DNA of 64,000 bases from Patescibacteria group bacterium (GTDB lineage Bacteria; Patescibacteriota; Minisyncoccia; Ryanbacterales; GWA2-47-10b): contig JBBTSE010000007.1 of NCBI GenBank assembly GCA_038064855.1, positions 87,699 to 151,698 on the forward strand. Reading direction: 5' to 3'. Both the position numbers and the translations under genes were made by a program. Below, piece after piece: positions 19,068 to 28,679 of the stretch (position 1 is the first letter of the stretch; every line of letters starts with the position of its first letter). The notes beneath the pieces were generated by a model. It was given only the letters and a program-made list of their open reading frames with translations, ran no database searches and was not told where the DNA came from.

Positions 19068-20335
19068 TACAAGTATTGCGTCTCGTCATTTTTTGGATAT
19101 TGCGCGTTCAAGCTACGCTTGTTATTCGTCGCTTCAGGCCGATTGTTATTGGTGTCACGGGTAGTGTTGGCAAAACATCCGCTAAAGAAGCTATCGCGGC
19201 TGTCTTAGCAGAGCATTTCAGAACACGCAAAAGCCCCAAGAGTTACAACAGTGAGCTAGGGCTACCATTGACCATCTTGGGTTTAGAGAGCGCGTGGAAC
19301 TCTCCGTTGGGTTGGTTAAAAAATATTGTGAAAGGTGCGTTGCGCTTCATCTCGCGTAACGAATATCCGGAGCTTTTAGTGCTCGAGATGGGGGTTGATC
19401 GGCCGGGTGATTTTGACAAGATATTGCCATGGCTCAAACCTGATATAGGCGTGGTGACGATGATTGGCGACATGCCAGTACATGTCGAATTTTTTGATGG
19501 ACCTGACGCAGTTGCCGCAGAAAAAGCAAAGCTTTTAGGCGCGCTCGGAGAGCAGGGGACCGCTATCATCAATGCTGATGATCCACGCGTATTCGCTATG
19601 CGCAAGGCAACCAAGGGGAAGGTTATCACCTATGGATTTTCGCGCCATGCAGAAGTACGCGCGTCCGGCGTGCGCATGAGTCTCAAAAAAGGACGGCCCG
19701 ATGGTATGACATTTAAGATTGATTATCAGGGCAAGACGATGCCTATGAGGGTACCGGGAGTAGTCGGTGAGCAAAGTATTTATGCGTTTTTAGCGGCGGC
19801 CGCTGTCGGTCTCGCGCAAGGTCTTAATCTTATCGAGATTTCTGAAGCGCTTCTCAAATACGAGCATCCACCCGGCCGCCTGCGTCTACTTGACGGTCGA
19901 AAAGATTCATTGATTTTAGACGATACCTATAACTCTTCACCACTTGCTGCACTCGCCGCGCTTGAGGCGCTCTCAAAAATGCCAGCCCTGCGCCGCATCG
20001 CCACACTCGGCGACATGCTTGAACTTGGTAAATACACACCGGAGGCACATCGTATGATCGGTAAACGCGCAGCCGAGGTTGCTGATGTAGTTATCGGTGT
20101 TGGTGTACGCTCAAAATTTATGGACACGGGAGACGCGGCCGAATTTCATTGGTTTGCAAAATCGGGAGAAGCGGCTGATTTCCTGGGGCATTTTGTCAAA
20201 GAAGGGGACGCAATTTTAGTAAAAGGATCGCAGGGTGTTCGCATGGAGCGTGTCACTAAAGCACTCTTGCTTCATTCAGAAGATTCCCATCGGGTACTCG
20301 TACGCCAAGAAGACTATTGGCAAAAGCGCCCATAG
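19064..20335 (+). CDS. murF: UDP-MurNAc-tripeptide--D-Ala-D-Ala ligase
   Basis: GVTGSVGKT, NSELGLPLT, LEMG, DDTYNSSP, GDMLELG, VKGSQG. Confidence 0.92.
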   Translation: MIQVLRLVIFWILRVQATLVIRRFRPIVIGVTGSVGKTSAKEAIAAVLAEHFRTRKSPKSYNSELGLPLTILGLESAWNSPLGWLKNIVKGALRFISRNEYPELLVLEMGVDRPGDFDKILPWLKPDIGVVTMIGDMPVHVEFFDGPDAVAAEKAKLLGALGEQGTAIINADDPRVFAMRKATKGKVITYGFSRHAEVRASGVRMSLKKGRPDGMTFKIDYQGKTMPMRVPGVVGEQSIYAFLAAAAVGLAQGLNLIEISEALLKYEHPPGRLRLLDGRKDSLILDDTYNSSPLAALAALEALSKMPALRRIATLGDMLELGKYTPEAHRMIGKRAAEVADVVIGVGVRSKFMDTGDAAEFHWFAKSGEAADFLGHFVKEGDAILVKGSQGVRMERVTKALLLHSEDSHRVLVRQEDYWQKRP

Positions 20336-20357
20336 GCTGGATTTTTAGTATTTTTTT
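20279..20357 (+). repeat. Direct repeat copy 1: murF 3' end plus downstream T-tract
   Basis: Encodes EDSHRVLVRQEDYWQKRP*, then gctggatttttagtattttt; matches 20733-20810. Confidence 0.85.
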
Positions 20358-20365
20358 CGAATTTT

Positions 20366-20734
20366 ATGATTACGTATCATTACAGTTTGTGGGAAGATAT
20401 CAAGATGGCGATACAGACGTTTGGGCGTTTTTTTTGGCTTAAAAAACATCGACTGATTTTTTTTATGCCCACTCTGAAACGGTTTCGCGAAATTCGGAGT
20501 TTTCAAAAAAATATTTTTATTGATATCAGCGACGATATCCAGTGTTACTGGGTATCTTCCGGGACTTGGGGATCTTATAAGGCGCCAAATAAAATTTATA
20601 TTTGTCCGTGGGAGATTGAGCAGGCTGGGGGCATAAACAGTGTTATTAATCATGAGATTAAACATCTGCAGCTCTTTGACAAGACAAAACATATGAGCTA
20701 TGAGGAGCGAGAAAAAATCATCGATGAGAGCTGA
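20366..20734 (+). CDS. Small AT-rich protein with HExxH zinc-metallopeptidase motif
   Basis: SVINHEIKHLQL; flanked by the murF-end repeats. Confidence 0.6.
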   Translation: MITYHYSLWEDIKMAIQTFGRFFWLKKHRLIFFMPTLKRFREIRSFQKNIFIDISDDIQCYWVSSGTWGSYKAPNKIYICPWEIEQAGGINSVINHEIKHLQLFDKTKHMSYEEREKIIDES

Positions 20735-20810
20735 AGACTCGCATCGCATGTTGGTGCGCCAAGAAGAGCATTGGCAAAAGCGTCCCTAAGGCTGGATTTT
20801 TGGTATTTTT
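20733..20810 (+). pseudogene. Orphan second copy of the murF 3' end (direct repeat copy 2)
   Basis: Translates EDSHRMLVRQEEHWQKRP*; 15/18 aa identical to the murF C-terminus, differences mostly synonymous. Confidence 0.85.
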
Positions 20811-20833
20811 GTGGTATAGTGGCAGGCAATTAC

Positions 20834-20905
20834 GGCCCTATCGTCTAACGGCTAGGACAAGCGGTTCTCATCCGCTAAATCGGAGTTCGATTCTCCGTGG
20901 GGCTG
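20834..20905 (+). tRNA. tRNA-Glu (anticodon CTC), CCA not encoded
   Basis: Acceptor GGCCCTA/TGGGGCT, anticodon arm AGCGG-TTCTCAT-CCGCT, T arm CGGAG-TTCGATT-CTCCG; upstream extended -10 TGgTATAGT at 20812-20820. Confidence 0.93.
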
Positions 20906-20963
20906 CTGACAAATGTACATTAAAATTTCAGTTCCACAAAACCACAATCGTATGGAGGTCGTG

Positions 20964-21203
20964 ATGGTTGTTGATCGTGCGTCGTTTTTAGAGATAACCC
21001 AGCATCTCGAAGTTGCTTCAGTAGAGCTCTTGGACCTGACTAGAGCCTTTGCCAATTGGGTAGAGCAGGGCGCGTCAAGTACCGAGGTTCACGAATTCCT
21101 TGCAGCCACCAAGCACCTGATCGGCGCCAATGAGGCACTCGGTGCGATCCAAGAAACGCTCCGTGCGCTTCTCGAGGCGAACAGGGCCGAGGGGGTATTT
21201 TAG
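20964..21203 (+). CDS. Small helical hypothetical protein
   Basis: GGAGG at 20954-20958 before ATG 20964; followed by a terminator. Confidence 0.5.
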   Translation: MVVDRASFLEITQHLEVASVELLDLTRAFANWVEQGASSTEVHEFLAATKHLIGANEALGAIQETLRALLEANRAEGVF

Positions 21204-21211
21204 CCGGATAG

Positions 21212-21247
21212 GCCGCAATCCCACAGGGTATGCGGCTTTTTTCTTTT
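21212..21247 (+). terminator. Intrinsic terminator
   Basis: GCCGCA...TGCGGC stem followed by a T-run. Confidence 0.7.
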
Positions 21248-21280
21248 AGTGAATACTTATTTTTTGGTACAATAAACCCA

Positions 21281-23875
21281 ATGAATGATCAGTGGCATGT
21301 TTTGAGCGCTGATGCGGCGTTGGCTCGTTTTTCGGTAGTACGCGCGCGTGGTTTGTCTGATGATCGTGCCGAAGAAATCCGCAAAGAATATGGAACAAAC
21401 GAGATCACGCGCAAGCGTCCTTGGCGGCTGTTAAATTTGATACTGGGGCAACTCGCGAGCCCGCTCGTTGCTATTTTGCTCATCGCCGCGGGCATTACTT
21501 TTTTTATGTTAGACGACGCGCCCGAGGCGTTGATCATTGTCATCGCGGTGGTGATCAATACAGCCATCGGCGTCATTCAAGAAGGTCGGGCATCGCGTGC
21601 ATTTGAAGCGTTACGCAAAACCATTGAGCGCAAAGCGCATGTATTGCGCTCAGGTGTGTTGCGCGAGATGGAGGCGCGCGCTTTGGTACCGGGTGATATC
21701 ATTGAGATTGACGCGGGCATGAGTATCGAGGCGGATGGCCGTCTCATTGAGGTTCAGCGTCTCAAGGTTAATGAGTCGGCTCTCACCGGTGAGTGGATAG
21801 GTCAAGAAAAAAGCATCCATGAACTGCCCGCGCATACGCCGGTTGCTGATCGTGACAATATGATTTTTGCAGGAACCCTCTGCGAGGCGGGTCGCGCACG
21901 AGCGGTGGTGACAGCAACCGGTATGCATACCGAGCTTGGTAAGATCGCGCAACTTGTCTCCGATACGCGCGAACCACTCACGCCATTTCAAGAAAACATC
22001 AGAGATCTTGCGCGCGTGATTGGCGCTGGCGCGTTTGCGTTTTCGTGCGTTATTTTCGCGCTTGGTGTTACGCGCGGAGAGAGTGTCGAGACAATGTTCT
22101 TGACCGCGGTAGCACTCGCCGTATCTGCGGTACCCGAGGGGCTTCCGATTGCGGTCACCGTCATCTTGGCATTGGGTGCGGAGCGTATTTTAAAAAAAGG
22201 AGGACTCCTCAAGCGCCTAAAAAGCGCGGAGACATTGGGGCTTACGACAGTTATTTTGACAGATAAAACAGGTACCCTTACTGAGGGTAAGATGGAAGTA
22301 TCACAAATCATGCCACGCAAAGAAGGTCCGCGTGCCAAAGATGATTTACTATTGGCAGGCGTACTCACCTCAACTGCATTTATTGAAAATCCTGAAGCAC
22401 AGCTCGCCGAGTGGCATATACGAGGTGAGGCGACTGATGCAGCGCTGCTCAAAGCGGGTATAAGCTCTGGTATCAATAAAGATGAGTTTGAGCGAACGCA
22501 TATCAAAATCGAGACAATGCCGTTTGATACCGAGCTTCGTTTTTCAGCGGCAATATATCAAAAAGGCGGAGAATATTTTGTATTTGTCAGCGGCGCGCCC
22601 GAGGCAATTCTTGCGCGTTCACATCTACCTGCCGATGAGCGTAGAGAGCTTGAAGCTCTCTATAGCAAGGCAGCGGAGACTGGCGCGCGTCTTATCGCGT
22701 GCGCGCGCAAACATCTACACAGTCATACTCCTCCGACGGTTGAGCATTTTACTGGCATGGAGTTTTTGGGATTTTTAGGTCTTCATGATCCACTTCGCGC
22801 GGATGCCAAGGTCTCTTTGCATCTCGCCCAGGTCGCGGGAGTGCGTCCGGTAATCGTGACGGGTGACCATCAGCTGACGGCCCAGCGTGTAGCACGCGAG
22901 CTTGAGTTTGGCGGTAACCCTGAACATATATCAACAGGACAATTAATGGAGGATGGTAAGGTCGATATCACACATATCGATGTATTTGCGCGCGTCTTAC
23001 CGCATCAAAAATCTTTGATAGTAGAAGCGTGGCAAAAGCGCGGCGCGGTAGTCGCTATGACGGGCGATGGCGTCAATGACGCGCCGGCATTGCGTAGGGC
23101 CGATATTGGCATTGCGCTCGGGTCTGGGACTGATGTCGCTAAAGAAGCGGCTGATTTGGTGTTGATCAATGATAGTTTTTCGACGATCGTCGGTGCTATC
23201 GAAGAAGGCCGTGCCGTTATCGATAATATCCGCAAAGTGATGACCTTTTTGCTCGCGACTGCGTTTACCGAGATTATTCTGGTTGGAGGCGCATTTGTAT
23301 TGGGGCTACCCTTACCACTTTTGCCCGCGCAGATTTTATGGATGAATCTGGTAGGTGAAGGTTTTTTCAATTTTGCGTTTGCGTTTGAAAAACGCGAGAA
23401 AGATGTGCTTACGCGTCGGCCCCAAGAGCATGGTGCGTTTTTCACTTCTGAGATGAAAGCGATGGTGTTTATCGTAGGTATTTCAGCAGATCTTTTGCTG
23501 CTCTCGGTGTTTGTAAAATTACTCGGTGCGGGCATCCCGCTCGATACCGTACGCACGGTCATGTTTTACGGTCTTGCGATCAACGCGTTTTTCTTTGTAT
23601 TTTCTATTCGTAGTCTTCGCAGACCTATCTGGAAGATCAATTTCTTTTCAAATCCTTATTTGTTACTTGCTTTTAGCGCAAGTATGCTCATGTTGCTCCC
23701 AACACTATTTGTAGAACCCTTACAAAAACTCTTGCATCTTCAACCACTTGAGCCAATGTATTTTGCAGCGCTTCTTTTGCTCGGGCTCGTTGATCTCTGT
23801 ATTATTGAGGCGGTGAAATATATATTTATCATCCGACGCTTGCGCGGGGGTATAGAGGTTGTGCTACAGTCGTAA
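21281..23875 (+). CDS. Cation-transporting P-type ATPase (type II, Ca2+-like)
   Basis: LTGE, VPEGLP, DKTGTLT, TGDH, TGDGVNDAPAL. Confidence 0.92.
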   Translation: MNDQWHVLSADAALARFSVVRARGLSDDRAEEIRKEYGTNEITRKRPWRLLNLILGQLASPLVAILLIAAGITFFMLDDAPEALIIVIAVVINTAIGVIQEGRASRAFEALRKTIERKAHVLRSGVLREMEARALVPGDIIEIDAGMSIEADGRLIEVQRLKVNESALTGEWIGQEKSIHELPAHTPVADRDNMIFAGTLCEAGRARAVVTATGMHTELGKIAQLVSDTREPLTPFQENIRDLARVIGAGAFAFSCVIFALGVTRGESVETMFLTAVALAVSAVPEGLPIAVTVILALGAERILKKGGLLKRLKSAETLGLTTVILTDKTGTLTEGKMEVSQIMPRKEGPRAKDDLLLAGVLTSTAFIENPEAQLAEWHIRGEATDAALLKAGISSGINKDEFERTHIKIETMPFDTELRFSAAIYQKGGEYFVFVSGAPEAILARSHLPADERRELEALYSKAAETGARLIACARKHLHSHTPPTVEHFTGMEFLGFLGLHDPLRADAKVSLHLAQVAGVRPVIVTGDHQLTAQRVARELEFGGNPEHISTGQLMEDGKVDITHIDVFARVLPHQKSLIVEAWQKRGAVVAMTGDGVNDAPALRRADIGIALGSGTDVAKEAADLVLINDSFSTIVGAIEEGRAVIDNIRKVMTFLLATAFTEIILVGGAFVLGLPLPLLPAQILWMNLVGEGFFNFAFAFEKREKDVLTRRPQEHGAFFTSEMKAMVFIVGISADLLLLSVFVKLLGAGIPLDTVRTVMFYGLAINAFFFVFSIRSLRRPIWKINFFSNPYLLLAFSASMLMLLPTLFVEPLQKLLHLQPLEPMYFAALLLLGLVDLCIIEAVKYIFIIRRLRGGIEVVLQS

Positions 23876-23876
23876 C

Positions 23877-24926
23877 ATGCAGATTGAACTTATCGGAATT
23901 TTTCTTGCGGGCGCGGTTCTTGCGTTTGCTGTAGCGTGGGTGATATTGCGAGGGCGCAAATCGGGGCCTGCCGGCGAGAGCATGCTGATGCTTCAGAGTC
24001 AGATTAGCGACATTGAGCGCAAGCTCGACGCGCGGCTTGGCGAGTCAACGCGGCTCATTCAGTCACAAGGGGAGTCATCATTTAAAATTATTCGCGATGT
24101 CACCGAAAAGCTTACCAAGCTTGATGAGACAAACCGTCAGGTGGTGAACTTTGCCGATCAGCTTCAGTCACTTCAAGATATTCTCAAAAACCCCAAACAG
24201 CGCGGCGTGCTGGGCGAATATTATCTGGAGACCGTACTTAAAAATATTTTGCCGCCGTCTGCCTATCAAATGCAGTATAAGCTCGGTAAGAGCGACGAAG
24301 GGCGTGATTTGATTGTTGACGCTGTTATCTTGGTAGGCGAAAAGGTAATACCTATCGATTCAAAGTTTTCGCTTGAAAATTATAACCGCGTAGTAGAAGC
24401 AAAAGGTACTGAAGAGCGCGAGCGCTTTGAGAAGGCTTTCAAGCAAGACTTAAAGATGCGTATCGATGAGACTTCCAAGTATGTCCGTCCACAAGACAGC
24501 ACGATGGATTTTGCGCTTATGTTTATCCCATCAGAAGCAATCTATTATGATCTGACGATCAATCAGGTAGGTACTATCAAGGTAAACACGCAAGATCTGA
24601 TCCAATACGCTCTGACAAAGCGCGTGCATATCGTCTCGCCAAACTCGTTTTATGCGTTTTTGCAGACTATCTTGCAAGGGCTCAATCAGATGAAAATCGA
24701 GAAATCTGTAGGCGAAGTCATCAAGCGCGTGGGTGATCTCGGCCGACATGTAGCCGCCTACGAGCAGTATTATATCAAGCTCGGCACTTCCCTTGACTCA
24801 ACTATCAATCATTACAATACCGGTTATAAAGAGCTTAAAAAGATAGACAAAGATGTCACCCGCATAGCGGGCGAGGGCATCGGAATTGACCCTCAACTTC
24901 TTGACACAACAGACAGAAACGGGTAG
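23877..24926 (+). CDS. rmuC: DNA recombination protein RmuC
   Basis: N-terminal TM, KQRGVLGE, IDSKF, DFALMFIPSEA, IVSP. Confidence 0.88.
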   Translation: MQIELIGIFLAGAVLAFAVAWVILRGRKSGPAGESMLMLQSQISDIERKLDARLGESTRLIQSQGESSFKIIRDVTEKLTKLDETNRQVVNFADQLQSLQDILKNPKQRGVLGEYYLETVLKNILPPSAYQMQYKLGKSDEGRDLIVDAVILVGEKVIPIDSKFSLENYNRVVEAKGTEERERFEKAFKQDLKMRIDETSKYVRPQDSTMDFALMFIPSEAIYYDLTINQVGTIKVNTQDLIQYALTKRVHIVSPNSFYAFLQTILQGLNQMKIEKSVGEVIKRVGDLGRHVAAYEQYYIKLGTSLDSTINHYNTGYKELKKIDKDVTRIAGEGIGIDPQLLDTTDRNG

Positions 24927-24938
24927 TATAGAGCAATT

Positions 24939-25250
24939 ATGATCGCAGTTATTGAAACAGGCGGCAAGCAATATCTTGTTGGTGCCGGCCAGAAATTCAA
25001 GATTGAAAAGCTCCCTGAGTCAGAAGGGGATACGATTGTGTTTGATAAAGTTTTGCTCGTGATCGATGGTGAGACAGTATCTATCGGCAAGCCGTATTTG
25101 AAAGGCGTGAGTGTCGAGGCGGATATCATGCGCCAAGGCCGCCTCCGCAAGATCAAGATTCTCCGTTACCACTCAAAGACTCGCCGCCGTAGACGCAAGG
25201 GTCATCGCCAACACTTCACCGAAGTAGCTATCAAGACCATTAAAAAATAG
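24939..25250 (+). CDS. rplU: 50S ribosomal protein L21
   Basis: AVIETGGKQY, GHRQHFT. Confidence 0.96.
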   Translation: MIAVIETGGKQYLVGAGQKFKIEKLPESEGDTIVFDKVLLVIDGETVSIGKPYLKGVSVEADIMRQGRLRKIKILRYHSKTRRRRRKGHRQHFTEVAIKTIKK

Positions 25251-25272
25251 CCCTCTCGAGGGCTATTTTTTT
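25242..25272. terminator. Bidirectional terminator between rplU and recR
   Basis: AAAAAATAGCCCT-ctcg-AGGGCTATTTTTT. Confidence 0.85.
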
Positions 25273-25890
25273 TTACTTTCTATTTTTTAGCGCGTTTTTG
25301 AGAGTTTGTGGATCGGCAAATTCCATCTCGGTGCCGGTAGAGATTCCTCGTCCGAGGCGAGTGAGTGTGATTGATTTATTTTTTATATAGGGTTCGAGTA
25401 CACGCTCAATGTAGAGGCCAGTTGCGTCGCCTTCAGTAGTTAGTGATGTCGCGAGTACTATTTCGAGTGGCGCTTCGCGTCCTTTGGCACGAACGCTCAC
25501 GCGGTCATACAGTGCACGGATGCGTTCGGTTACTCGCGTTTTTTCATTGAGCAGTGATATGGTGCCGCCGAGCACATGGTAGCCGCCGTCCCACAATCCG
25601 CTTTTTGATACCGTTTCAAAGTCTTGATCTTTCTCGACTATCAGGAGTGCGTTAAACGCACCAAGTTTACAGGTCGAGCACTTTGTGCCATCAGCGGTCT
25701 CAACACTACGAAAACATTCCTCACATCTCGAGACCTGCAAGGCGAGCGCTTCGAGTGCGCGTGCGAAACCCTTGAGCGTTGAGCCATCTTCGTCGAGAAG
25801 TGTATAGGCAAAGCGAGACGCTTGGCGCGGCCCAATACCGGGAAGGCGCGTGAAGAAGTCTATCAGACGCTTGATGGGTTCGGGGTGCAT
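25273..25890 (-). CDS. recR: Recombination mediator RecR
   Basis: LPGIGPRQASR HhH, C4 zinc finger, YHVLGG, TOPRIM EGDAT. Confidence 0.92.
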   Translation of the reverse strand: MHPEPIKRLIDFFTRLPGIGPRQASRFAYTLLDEDGSTLKGFARALEALALQVSRCEECFRSVETADGTKCSTCKLGAFNALLIVEKDQDFETVSKSGLWDGGYHVLGGTISLLNEKTRVTERIRALYDRVSVRAKGREAPLEIVLATSLTTEGDATGLYIERVLEPYIKNKSITLTRLGRGISTGTEMEFADPQTLKNALKNRK

Positions 25891-27228
25891 CTAAGTGAAT
25901 GATTCATCGAGCGATGAGAAGCTCGCTTTCTCTGGGTTGAAGTAAAGCTCTACTTTACCAGTGGGACCATTACGATGTTTCTCTACTAAAATTTCGGCGA
26001 TATTGGGGCGTGCCGAATCTTTCTTGACTCGGTCTTCACGATAGATAAACATAACCACATCAGCGTCTTGCTCGATGGATCCTGATTCGCGAAGGTCTGA
26101 GAGCTTGGGTATTGGTGGGTGACGCTGTTCTACCGCGCGCGAGAGCTGCGAGAGAGCAAGTACTGGCACATTGAGTTCGCGCGCGAGTTGTTTGAGTGAG
26201 CGCGAAATTTCGGTGATTTGTTGCACCATATTGTCGGTATGTTGGCGTGGCTGCATGAGCTGAAGATAGTCAATGATGATAAGGCCCAAATTTGATTCAG
26301 ATTGCAGGCGCCGCGCCATCGCACGCATCTGCAACACATTTGAGGTGGCGGCGTCATCGATATAGATGGGGGCTTCAGCAAGGCGCGCGAGCGCATCATT
26401 GATACGCACAAAATCATTTGAATGTTCAGAGAGTCGCCCCGTACGCAGTTTCCAAAGATCTACATGAGCTTCAGCCGCTATAAAGCGGTCGATGAGCTGT
26501 TGATTCGACATTTCCAAACTAAAAATACCAACGGGGATTTTGTGTTGTACTGCCGCATTGCGCGCGATATCGAGAGCAAGCGATGTCTTACCGAGCGAAG
26601 GCCGTGCCGCCAAAATGACAAGATCAGAGTTTTGAAGACCCGAGAGAAGGTTATCAAGTTTATCAAAGCCGGTTGGTACACCACGCACGGCACCATCTCC
26701 CTTGTGCAGATTATCGATGCGCTCCCACGCTTCTTGCAGTGCGTCGCGCACGGGGAAAAACTTTTGGCGCAGTGAGCGCTGAGAGATACCAAAGATATGG
26801 CTTTCTGCCTGGTCGAGTAGTATATCTACATCTTGGTCTTCTCGGTACCCCATCTCGCCAATGGCGTATGATGCCGAGATGAGATCGCGAAGTACTCGTT
26901 TACGGTTTACAATTGATGCATAGTGGCCAGCACTCGCAGGGCTTGCGACCGCATTGATGAGGCCTGCTAGATAACTTGGGTTGCCTGCACGCTCCAGTTG
27001 GCCCTTTTCTTCCAGGTAGGTTTGTACTGACAAAACATCGAGCGGTGCGTTGCGTTCAAATAGATCCAGCATCGCGCGGAAAATGATAGCGTGTTCCGTT
27101 ACATAAAAATCATCAGCCGTTACCACATCAACCACGCGAATCATGGCGTTGCGATCAATCATAACCGAACCAAGTACTGCCATCTCGGCATCACGGTTAT
27201 GAGGAGGTATTTTGAGCGGATCGGTCAT
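25891..27228 (-). CDS. dnaB: Replicative DNA helicase
   Basis: PPHNRDAE, AARPSLGKT, IDYLQL, LSQLSR, DLRESGSIEQDAD, KHRNGPTG; no intein. Confidence 0.97.
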   Translation of the reverse strand: MTDPLKIPPHNRDAEMAVLGSVMIDRNAMIRVVDVVTADDFYVTEHAIIFRAMLDLFERNAPLDVLSVQTYLEEKGQLERAGNPSYLAGLINAVASPASAGHYASIVNRKRVLRDLISASYAIGEMGYREDQDVDILLDQAESHIFGISQRSLRQKFFPVRDALQEAWERIDNLHKGDGAVRGVPTGFDKLDNLLSGLQNSDLVILAARPSLGKTSLALDIARNAAVQHKIPVGIFSLEMSNQQLIDRFIAAEAHVDLWKLRTGRLSEHSNDFVRINDALARLAEAPIYIDDAATSNVLQMRAMARRLQSESNLGLIIIDYLQLMQPRQHTDNMVQQITEISRSLKQLARELNVPVLALSQLSRAVEQRHPPIPKLSDLRESGSIEQDADVVMFIYREDRVKKDSARPNIAEILVEKHRNGPTGKVELYFNPEKASFSSLDESFT

Positions 27229-27296
27229 ATCAATAATTTACTCGTCTTTGCCGTTGCGAGCAATTGCCAAAAAGGCGATTTGTGTTGTCAGACGAC

Positions 27297-28679
27297 TTAT
27301 ATCTTGTGGACTACGGGCCCACGCGGCGTATCTTCTACGCGCCAACCCTGGGCGGCTAGTTTTTCGCGCAGTTCATCAGATTTTTGCCAGTCTTTTGTTT
27401 GTCGATATATCTCTCGCTGGTCAGCGAGCGCCCGAATATGTGTGGGAACAGGAGAGGCAATCGCATCATAAGCAAGATTGAGTCCAAAAAGTTTATCAGC
27501 CCACAATACCGCGGGGCGAGACGCGCTCTCGTGGATACCCTGCCAAAGGCGCGCGAGCGCCCGAGGAGAGGCGAGATCATCAGCAAATGCGGCAAGAATA
27601 TCTTTTTTCATAGCATCGTCAGAGCGAGCTTTTCTCTTTGGGAGGTTTCCCAAAGATGCTACGAGTTTAAGTCGTGCAGCACGAGCGCCCCCAAGCGCCT
27701 CCCAGCTAAACGAAACGGGTTTACGGTAATGGGTACCGAGGGTAAAGTATCGAAAATCGAGCGGATCAAATCCGTGTTCGCGAAGCGTGGCTATAGTGAT
27801 ATTGCTTTCGGGTGATGATTTGGCCATCTTCTGACCCTTGACGGTTAGAAACGCACTATGCATCCAAAAGCGCGAAAAGAGTTTGCCAGTAGCCGCCTCC
27901 GATTGCGCAATTTCATTGGGGTGATGAATCTCGCGATGATCTGCCCCTCCGCAGTGAATATCAATCGTTTTACCGAGATATTTCATGCTCATTGCCGAAC
28001 ACTCGATATGCCAGCCGGGGAATCCCACTCCCCATGGCGAGGGCCATTCCATTTGCCGTTTTTCGCCGCTTTCTGCAAATTTCCAAAGCGCAAAATCAGT
28101 AGCATTTTGTTTCTCACCTATGGCTACGCGTGATCCGGCTTGTATAGTATTTTGGTCGCGTCCTGCAAGTTCACCATAATTTGGTAGTTTTGAGGTGTCA
28201 AAATAAAGACCATCAGTAGTACGATAGGTAAATCCTTTTTTTTCAAGTGTCTTGATGAGCGCTATTTGCTCGACGATATGTTCGGTCGCGCGTACCAATT
28301 TGACCGGATGCAAGATATTGAGCGACGCGATATCTTCGAGAAATTCTTTCTCAAAATATTTTGCAATATCCCAAGCAGTCTTGCCCGTACGGCGAGCCTC
28401 GCGTTCTACTTTGTCTTCACCTTCGTCAGCATCAGATGCCAAGTGCCCTACATCGGTGATGTTCATGACATGTTTGACGCGCCAACCTGATGCGACAAGG
28501 GTACGGCGCAACATATCTTCAAAAAGAAAGGTACGATAATTGCCGATGTGTTGCGAGCGATATACCGTAGGCCCGCAGGTATACAGACGCACGGTAGCAC
28601 CTACAGCTGGCGCAAAAGGCCGTTCGGCACGCGCGAGCGAATCATAGAGCGTTACAGCCAGTCTTTCTGTCTTAACCAT
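27297..28679 (-). CDS. cysS: Cysteine--tRNA ligase
   Basis: YTCGPTVY, HIGN, PGWHIECSAM, HHPNE, KMAKS. Confidence 0.95.
   Translation of the reverse strand: MVKTERLAVTLYDSLARAERPFAPAVGATVRLYTCGPTVYRSQHIGNYRTFLFEDMLRRTLVASGWRVKHVMNITDVGHLASDADEGEDKVEREARRTGKTAWDIAKYFEKEFLEDIASLNILHPVKLVRATEHIVEQIALIKTLEKKGFTYRTTDGLYFDTSKLPNYGELAGRDQNTIQAGSRVAIGEKQNATDFALWKFAESGEKRQMEWPSPWGVGFPGWHIECSAMSMKYLGKTIDIHCGGADHREIHHPNEIAQSEAATGKLFSRFWMHSAFLTVKGQKMAKSSPESNITIATLREHGFDPLDFRYFTLGTHYRKPVSFSWEALGGARAARLKLVASLGNLPKRKARSDDAMKKDILAAFADDLASPRALARLWQGIHESASRPAVLWADKLFGLNLAYDAIASPVPTHIRALADQREIYRQTKDWQKSDELREKLAAQGWRVEDTPRGPVVHKI

Noticed and set aside
20279-20810. DGR template/variable repeat pair
   Set aside because: Differences are not adenine-specific but codon-synonymous, and there is no reverse transcriptase in the window
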